The notes beneath the pieces are model-generated. The model was given only the letters and a program-made list of their open reading frames with translations, ran no database searches and was not told where the DNA came from. The position numbers and the translations under genes are program-made. Shown piece by piece: positions 34,025 through 40,000 of a stretch of DNA of 40,000 nucleotides. The DNA lies in NCBI GenBank assembly GCA_963790685.1, contig CAWBPK010000001.1:1005066-1045065 (forward strand), given 5' to 3'. Within the stretch, counting starts at the first letter, position 1, and every line of letters starts with the position of its first letter. Source of the DNA: an uncultured Chloroflexia bacterium (GTDB taxonomy: Bacteria > Chloroflexota > Anaerolineae > Anaerolineales > Villigracilaceae).

Positions 34025-34723
34025 ATGGAGACAAAAAACGCGAAAATGAAAATAAAAGTCAATTTGGATGGGCCCTATACGATCTCAGGGTTGATTCCTT
34101 TGTTCGATCAAATTCTTATTCCAGACGCTGATGGTTTGTCTATAGGGTGGAAAATGGGGAAGCACTATCCAATCAAACAGGAATATGACCTGTGTCGCTG
34201 CGGTCAATCCAAAGATAAACCCTTTTGTGACTTGACTCACGCAGAGAACTTTTTCGACGGAACTGAAACGGCTAGCAGGAAACCTTTTATTGATCAGATC
34301 GAACCGGAGACAACAGGTCCTGACTTGGTCATGACCGATGTGGTAGCCTTGTGTGCTAATGCACGCTTTTGTGACCGCGCAGGGGGTGCCTGGGATAATA
34401 CCCGGGCTTCAGAAAACCAGGAGGCAAAAAAAATAGCTATCCAGGAAGTTTGGGATTGCCCTGCAGGACGGTTGGTTTTGCATGATAAAAATGGAAAGTT
34501 GCTCGAACCCAAATTCCCACCTTCCATTGGCTTGGTTGTCGACCCGCTAAAACAGGTGGATGGTCCAATTTGGGTACGTGGTGGGATTCCGATTGAAGCG
34601 GCAGATGGAACCATATATGAAATCCGAAATCGGGTCACACTTTGCCGGTGTGGTAAATCCTCCAACAAGCCATTCTGCGATGGTAAACACGAGGATGGCG
34701 CCAATATCATAAAAGGAAGGTGA
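34025..34723 (+). CDS. CDGSH-type iron-sulfur domain protein (two motifs)
   Basis: The motifs are CRCGQSKDKPFCDLTH (variant, Leu where Gly is expected) and CRCGKSSNKPFCDGKH (canonical CxCx2Sx3PxCDGxH). A central LCANARFCDRAGG segment resembles a divergent Fe-S motif. Confidence 0.8.
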   Translation: METKNAKMKIKVNLDGPYTISGLIPLFDQILIPDADGLSIGWKMGKHYPIKQEYDLCRCGQSKDKPFCDLTHAENFFDGTETASRKPFIDQIEPETTGPDLVMTDVVALCANARFCDRAGGAWDNTRASENQEAKKIAIQEVWDCPAGRLVLHDKNGKLLEPKFPPSIGLVVDPLKQVDGPIWVRGGIPIEAADGTIYEIRNRVTLCRCGKSSNKPFCDGKHEDGANIIKGR

Positions 34724-34725
34724 TT

Positions 34726-35409
34726 ATGGCCAAGTATGGTGATTTCGAAACCGATATTATTCCCACTTCAGCTGGGGACTTGTCTATCACATTTCTCGGT
34801 CATGGCAGCCTGCTGATTGAATTCCAGGGGAAAATAATGTATGTGGATGTATTCGGTAAGGTGGCGGATTATTCAAAACTACCCAAGGCAGACATCATAT
34901 TCCTCACCCATGAACATTACGACCACCTTGATCCAGACGCACTGGCTTTGATCAGGACCGATAAGACCGTGTTGGTTTATACCGAGAATTGCGCTCAATT
35001 GGTCAAGGGTGGAATTGTTATGCACAACGGTGATCAGCTGACCGTGGCTGGGATTCCGGTTGAGGCGGTCGCAGCTTATAATTTGGTCCACATGCGCCCG
35101 AGTGGGGATCCTTTCCATCCAAAGCGGAGTGGAAACGGATACATTTTTACTTTTGGCGGAACGCGTCTGTATATTGCCGGAGACACCGAGAATACACCTG
35201 AGATGAAATCATTAAAAAAGATAGATATTGCCTTCCTGCCAATGAACCTGCCGTACACAATGACTCCGGAAATGGTCACGGATGCAGTCAAGGCTTTCAG
35301 GCCAAACATTTTGTATCCTTATCACTACGGGGAAACGGATGTTTCAAAATTGGTGAGTTTATTGAAAGGGGAAAAGGGGATCGAAGTTAGAATTCGAAAA
35401 ATGCCTTGA
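34726..35409 (+). CDS. MBL-fold metallo-hydrolase
   Basis: Contains FLTHEHYDHLD (HxHxDH). The ATG at 34726 lies 2 nt after the upstream TGA, with AAGGAAGG upstream. Confidence 0.8.
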   Translation: MAKYGDFETDIIPTSAGDLSITFLGHGSLLIEFQGKIMYVDVFGKVADYSKLPKADIIFLTHEHYDHLDPDALALIRTDKTVLVYTENCAQLVKGGIVMHNGDQLTVAGIPVEAVAAYNLVHMRPSGDPFHPKRSGNGYIFTFGGTRLYIAGDTENTPEMKSLKKIDIAFLPMNLPYTMTPEMVTDAVKAFRPNILYPYHYGETDVSKLVSLLKGEKGIEVRIRKMP

Positions 35410-35433
35410 TAAAAAAAAGATAGTATTCCAAAT

Positions 35434-35456
35434 GCGGTTGGAAGCTATCCATCCGC
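35434..35456. terminator. hairpin between convergent MBL-hydrolase and mfd genes (possible bidirectional terminator)
   Basis: GCGGTTGGA-AGCTA-TCCATCCGC forms 8 of 9 stem pairs. TATTTTATTT follows on the + strand, and a T9 run lies about 15 nt away on the - strand. Confidence 0.45.
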
Positions 35457-38400
35457 TATTTTATTTCCTCTAGTTTTTCCAGAATCTGCAGCAACTTGTC
35501 CTGCCAATCTGCATTTTTCCCAAACAAGCACCAATATGCATTCTTTCCCCCGCGAATCCCGGGTCCAAGGTCTGGCAGGCGACTGGGTTCTGTCCCTTCT
35601 GTTGATGGTGGATATCTCAGAACGATCTGTCCACTTTCCATGCCAATCGAAATCAAGCCGGCTTTTTCAGCGCGCAACTTTACCCGCATCTGGTAGAACA
35701 GGTTTGTGATCATTTCAGTGAGCGGACCAAACCGGTCAGTAAATTCAGCTGCAAGGGCTTCCAAAGCTGCTTCGTCAGTCACATCGGCCAGGCGGCGGTA
35801 GAGCCTTAAACGCAAGTTAGTGTCTGGCACATAGGCTTCGGGGATTCCGATGGCGAACGGCAGGTCTACATTAACCGGCAACCCCATCGGCTGGATTGAA
35901 TCCAGGGTGGTATTTTTTTGATCAACTTTTAGCCCTGCAAATTTGCCGAGTGCGCGAGCCTGTTTGACTGCAGTAGCCAGAAGACGAGTATATAGATGAA
36001 ACCCCACTGCTGCTATATGTCCGGATTGACGCGTCCCAAGCAGCTCTCCTGCACCGCGCATTTCCAGATCTCGCATGGCAATCGAATAACCCGCTCCCAG
36101 CTGAGTATTTTCAGCGATGACTTCAAGCCGTTCCTGGCCCTCTGGGGTAGGTCGCAGCTTGTTATGTCTGAAAAAGTAGGTGTAGGCGCGCGCTGCTCCT
36201 CTCCCAACTCGACCGCGCAATTGGTACAACTGGGCAAGACCGAAAGCATCTGCCCTATCCACGATAAGGGTATTGGAGTTTGGGATATCGAGCCCCGATT
36301 CAATAATGGAGGTGGAAAGCAAGATGTCCACCTCTCCGGCAGTAAACCGGTGCATCACACTGGCCAGCTCATTCTCAGGCATTTGTCCGTGGCCGATTGC
36401 AATGCGAGCTTCAGGGACAAGTTTCTCCAGGTGCATCCGCATGGCATCGATCGTTTGCACCCGGTTGTGGACAAAAAATACCTGACCACCCCGTTCCAAT
36501 TCACGCAGGACAGCTTGCCGGACCAGCTTGGGTGAGTATGGTCCCACATGGGTGATGATTGGGAGCCGTTCTTCAGGCGGAGTATTTAAATTGGAGATGT
36601 CACGCACGCCTGTAAGAGCCATGTAAAGCGTCCTTGGTATGGGGGTGGCAGTTAACGTCAGCACATCCACTTCTGTGCGTAGCTTCTTAAAATGTTCCTT
36701 ATGAGCTACGCCAAAGCGCTGCTCCTCGTCAATGATGACCAACCCCAGGTCCTTGAATTGAACATCCGCTGATATTAGCCGGTGGGTACCGATGACGATA
36801 TCTATGGCTCCTTGTGCCAGGGCGTATGAAATTTGGCTTTGCTCCCGGGGTGTACGAAAGCGAGAGAGCATCTCGACTGTCACCGGGAACGCAGAAAGGC
36901 GCTGCTTGAATGTATCGAAGTGCTGTTGCGCTAGAACGGTGGTTGGAACGAGCACTGCCACTTGCGTTCCGTCCATGACTGCCTTGAAGGCCGCCCTAAG
37001 GGCAACCTCGGTCTTCCCGTAACCAACATCGCCGCACAGCAGCCGGTCCATTGGGCGGGGAGTTTCCATGTCCCGTTTGATATCTATTAATGCCTTAACT
37101 TGGTCTTCAGTCTCAACATATGGAAAACTGGACTCCAATTCACCCTGCCATGGGTTATCAGGGCTGAAGGCAAATCCTTCTGCTACCTGCCGGCGGGCAT
37201 AAAGATCCAGCAGCTCCTGCGCCACCTCCTGGACAGCTTCCCTCACCTTGCGCTTCGTTTCTAGCCATTCTTGGGTACCTAAACTACCTGGAGCGGGAGG
37301 TGAGCTGTCTGGTCCGATGTAGCGAGTCAGTCGGTCAGCTTGGTGGATTGGAACGTAGACCTGGTCCCCATTTTTATATTCGATGCATAAAAATTCCCGC
37401 GCAAGGCCATCCAAAGTCCTTTGGACCAGGCCGATATACCTCCCGATCCCGTAATCCACGTGCACGATCCAGTCGCCAGGATGCAGATCTGCATAAGCTG
37501 ATTCGGGGGTGTCGGCTCCTGCGTGGGGTCGCTGGCGCGGTTGCGGGCGTTCCCAGCCGAAAATTTCGGAATCGGTGATCAGGTATTTTGAAATAAGCGA
37601 GTCGGATGTGAGCTTCCAGCCTTCAGAGAGGGAACCTTCAAGAAATTGGGGATTTACGGGAACCTTCTCAGCCGAAGCTGAACCCTGTTCCACCCAAAGT
37701 TCCTCCAAACGGGAAGCTTGACGTGAAACAATGACGACTGGCTCATTTTCGTTGATTATTTTTGCAAGGTAATCAATAAACGGCTTCAGGCGTCCCCCAA
37801 AACGCTCGATTTGATTAAAATGGGAAGCTAGGTCAATGGAAGATTCTTCGGCAGTCGAGTGACCTAATTCTATGAAAGCAAAATCTTGCAGGCCGTCCTC
37901 CAATTCCGACCATGAAATATAAGGAATTGGAAAATCCTCAGACAGCGTTCCTTCTGCGATTGATTCGTTGCGCAATCTTACCGCCTGCTCTTCTATCTCA
38001 GAACCGGCATTCTCAAGAATATTAAGATCGTCTACAAGTACGAGTGAATTTTTTGGAAGATAGTCCAGGAGGCTGGAAGGCATTGAATGGAGAACTGGGA
38101 TGAGGTATTCTGAGGATTCAGGGAACCGTGAACTATCATCTTTTCCCAGGATAAATTCTCGTGCTGGTGTGATAAGAATGGATCCTATATTTTCAATTGT
38201 CCTCTGTGAGGCGGGGTCAAATCGACGCAGGGAGTCGATCTCATCCCCGAAAAAATCCAGTCGGATTGGGTGTGGTTCAGATTGTGGCCACACATCCAGC
38301 AAACCTCCCCGATGTGAGAACTGGCCGGGCTCTAGCACGGTGTCAACAGGTTGGTAGCCTATGCTTATCCATATTTCAAGCAGTGAACTTGGCAGGTATT

Positions 38401-38905
38401 TTTGCCCTGCTTTAAGCAGCTTGCTCCCTTTTAAAAAATCGCGTCTTGGAAGCGTACGTGTCATCAATGCTCGCGCAGTCGTGATGATGATTGGTGCGCT
38501 GGTCGGTTTTTCAATAAAAGGAAAATGGTAAGCTGAAAGTGATGTGAGTGTTTGTAGCCGTTCCCTGCGTGTGGTAATTCCCCAGGCGGCGTTTTCATAA
38601 AATAAAGGGTTTGGCTCGGAAAATATATTTCTGGAAACATCCGGAGCCCAGAAAGCTAATTCGTCATGTAACCGCAGGGCATGGTCGGCGCGGTCCGTAA
38701 TGAAAACAACGGGTAAATTTAAATCTGCATTCAAGCCTGCTAGTACTGCCAGGCGCGCCGAGCGCGGCAATGCCAGGCCGGGAATTTTTGTCCCAGCTTG
38801 TATACCAGTTAGTAAATCCTGATACGAGGGAAGGCGGCGGATCTGATCGAGAAGAAATTTCATGATAATGGGTTGGGACTTCGATTTCAACGAAATTAAT
38901 GTCAA
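35456..38905 (-). CDS. mfd: transcription-repair coupling factor
   Basis: Carries LCGDVGYGKTEVA (Walker A), IIDEEQRFGV (DEEQ box), helicase motifs through QLRGRVGR, and a CarD-like segment. The start could alternatively be ATG 38863 (MKFLLDQIRRLPSYQDLL). Confidence 0.93.
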   Translation of the reverse strand: MTLISLKSKSQPIIMKFLLDQIRRLPSYQDLLTGIQAGTKIPGLALPRSARLAVLAGLNADLNLPVVFITDRADHALRLHDELAFWAPDVSRNIFSEPNPLFYENAAWGITTRRERLQTLTSLSAYHFPFIEKPTSAPIIITTARALMTRTLPRRDFLKGSKLLKAGQKYLPSSLLEIWISIGYQPVDTVLEPGQFSHRGGLLDVWPQSEPHPIRLDFFGDEIDSLRRFDPASQRTIENIGSILITPAREFILGKDDSSRFPESSEYLIPVLHSMPSSLLDYLPKNSLVLVDDLNILENAGSEIEEQAVRLRNESIAEGTLSEDFPIPYISWSELEDGLQDFAFIELGHSTAEESSIDLASHFNQIERFGGRLKPFIDYLAKIINENEPVVIVSRQASRLEELWVEQGSASAEKVPVNPQFLEGSLSEGWKLTSDSLISKYLITDSEIFGWERPQPRQRPHAGADTPESAYADLHPGDWIVHVDYGIGRYIGLVQRTLDGLAREFLCIEYKNGDQVYVPIHQADRLTRYIGPDSSPPAPGSLGTQEWLETKRKVREAVQEVAQELLDLYARRQVAEGFAFSPDNPWQGELESSFPYVETEDQVKALIDIKRDMETPRPMDRLLCGDVGYGKTEVALRAAFKAVMDGTQVAVLVPTTVLAQQHFDTFKQRLSAFPVTVEMLSRFRTPREQSQISYALAQGAIDIVIGTHRLISADVQFKDLGLVIIDEEQRFGVAHKEHFKKLRTEVDVLTLTATPIPRTLYMALTGVRDISNLNTPPEERLPIITHVGPYSPKLVRQAVLRELERGGQVFFVHNRVQTIDAMRMHLEKLVPEARIAIGHGQMPENELASVMHRFTAGEVDILLSTSIIESGLDIPNSNTLIVDRADAFGLAQLYQLRGRVGRGAARAYTYFFRHNKLRPTPEGQERLEVIAENTQLGAGYSIAMRDLEMRGAGELLGTRQSGHIAAVGFHLYTRLLATAVKQARALGKFAGLKVDQKNTTLDSIQPMGLPVNVDLPFAIGIPEAYVPDTNLRLRLYRRLADVTDEAALEALAAEFTDRFGPLTEMITNLFYQMRVKLRAEKAGLISIGMESGQIVLRYPPSTEGTEPSRLPDLGPGIRGGKNAYWCLFGKNADWQDKLLQILEKLEEIK

Positions 38906-38910
38906 TTAAA

Positions 38911-39504
38911 TTACGCGCTTGCCCCTTGGGAAATCGTCCCGTTATACTTGTTCATAGCTGCGTTCAAACCTTCAATAACCCAGGTCAAACTGGCTTCCAC
39001 GGCACGGTTTAGCGTTTCGTCGAGGACGGGAATTTCGAAGTCGGAGAAATTCTGCAGCACATAATCTGGGGCTTGCATCTGCCCTGGAGGGCGTCCAATC
39101 CCCATTCGCAACCGGGGAAATTCATCTGTGCCCAGCCGGTCTATGGTGGATGTCATCCCCTTTTGCCCGGCTGACCTGCCATCAGGACGAATACGGATGG
39201 TACCCAATGGCAGATCCAGATCATCGTGAGCGATCAGCAGGTTATCTAAAGGTAATTTATAAAAGTGTAAAAGCCCTTGCACTGATTGACCTGAAAGGTT
39301 CATAAAAGTTTGTGGTTTGGCGAGTATGATCTTACGCTCCTGGAAATTCGCACTTGCAACTAGCGCCTTGGACTGCATGCGGGTGAAATGCACGTTGAGT
39401 CTGGTTGTTAAACGGTCCAACAACATAAAGCCGACGTTATGCCGGGTCTCGCGATACTCCCGGCCAGGGTTACCCAGCCCTACGATTAAATAAGATTCAG
39501 TCAT
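38911..39504 (-). CDS. pth: peptidyl-tRNA hydrolase
   Basis: Contains LIVGLGNPGREYRETRHNVGF. I prefer ATG 39504-39502, which overlaps the upstream stop as ATGA. The tracked start at 39525 would overlap the upstream gene by 25 nt. Confidence 0.9.
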   Translation of the reverse strand: MTESYLIVGLGNPGREYRETRHNVGFMLLDRLTTRLNVHFTRMQSKALVASANFQERKIILAKPQTFMNLSGQSVQGLLHFYKLPLDNLLIAHDDLDLPLGTIRIRPDGRSAGQKGMTSTIDRLGTDEFPRLRMGIGRPPGQMQAPDYVLQNFSDFEIPVLDETLNRAVEASLTWVIEGLNAAMNKYNGTISQGASA

Positions 39505-40000
39505 GTAGATTTCCGTCGCAGCCATAGATAAATTCCGATAATAATGAAAGTCAGGATTGCCGCTACTCCGCCATATAGGATGCTGGAAGAAACATCGGTT
39601 GGAGCCAGGGTGGCTGGGTTGCGCGCCAACCCTGTCGGAGTAGGAAAGGAAGTCAAGGTCGCCATGCTGGTCTGTATGGGCGTCGCCTCTGGAGTTATTG
39701 GGAGAGGGGTGGGTGTTTCCACCGGTGTGTAATTGCGTACCCTTAAATCGGGTACAAGAAACTCCCGCGTGGTACCGTCGATCAGGTTTATCTTCAATCT
39801 CATCACATAATTGCCGTCAGTGATAACCGTCGTGTCCCAGGTCACTAACGTACTGTCGGCTACCGGTTGGGGATTTATCGCGATCAAGAACCATGTGCCG
39901 GTCGGATCGTCTGTAAATGAAAATGAGATTTCTGAAGATTCAAACCCGCTTATATCGCTGGACCCTTTCACTACCACGACTCCCAGGAGTACTTCCCCGG
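39501..40000 (-). CDS. C-terminal part of a membrane-anchored extracytoplasmic protein (5' end probably outside window)
   Basis: The frame is open to the window edge. It has a beta-rich domain, a Pro/Thr linker (TPTPLPITPEATPIQT) and a C-terminal TM helix (ILYGGVAAILTFIIIGIYLWL) followed by RRKST. Confidence 0.4.
   Translation of the reverse strand, partial: GEVLLGVVVVKGSSDISGFESSEISFSFTDDPTGTWFLIAINPQPVADSTLVTWDTTVITDGNYVMRLKINLIDGTTREFLVPDLRVRNYTPVETPTPLPITPEATPIQTSMATLTSFPTPTGLARNPATLAPTDVSSSILYGGVAAILTFIIIGIYLWLRRKST

Overview
Bacterial chromosomal window. The wall-binding repeats and protein signatures resemble Chloroflexota/Anaerolineae-type genomes, but I cannot verify taxonomy from here. 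In order:
(1) The 3' part of a degenerate GGDEF protein.
(2) A 3-gene nucleotide-sugar operon: an SDR epimerase/dehydratase with an apparent frame disruption, a nucleotidyltransferase and a DegT aminotransferase.
(3) About 2.5 kb of decayed mobile DNA: an AAA+ ATPase pseudogene, a Toprim/primase fragment, and an IS3-family element whose frames are broken only by TAG codons.
(4) wecB.
(5) A 1.2 kb AT-rich ORF-free region containing a repeated 13-mer.
(6) A 2128-aa secreted mosaic protein with a beta-helix, Ig/FN3-like modules, nine near-identical 258-bp tandem repeats and three C-terminal SLH-like repeats.
(7) GT4, FecR-like, GT2 and GT-C-like membrane protein genes.
(8) A complete group II intron (RT/maturase, domain V, branch-point domain VI) in a 19-nt gap between convergent genes.
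(9) A 1248-aa pyruvyltransferase-GT2-GT4 fusion protein.
(10) A GC-rich IS1182/IS5-type element.
(11) A lipoprotein, then a KimA-like APC permease divergent from mgtA. The mgtA upstream region has a near-consensus promoter, an operator-like palindrome and a terminator-type leader.
(12) A CDGSH Fe-S protein plus an MBL hydrolase, then mfd, pth and a partial membrane protein.
The most coherent candidate system is a cell-surface module at about 6.1-25.7 kb. It combines ManNAc supply, a CsaB-like pyruvyltransferase fused to two glycosyltransferases, further GTs, and a giant SLH-like cargo protein. Whether any part is truly undescribed needs database searches that I cannot run. All coordinates come from reading the sequence and the ORF track; no similarity searches were performed.
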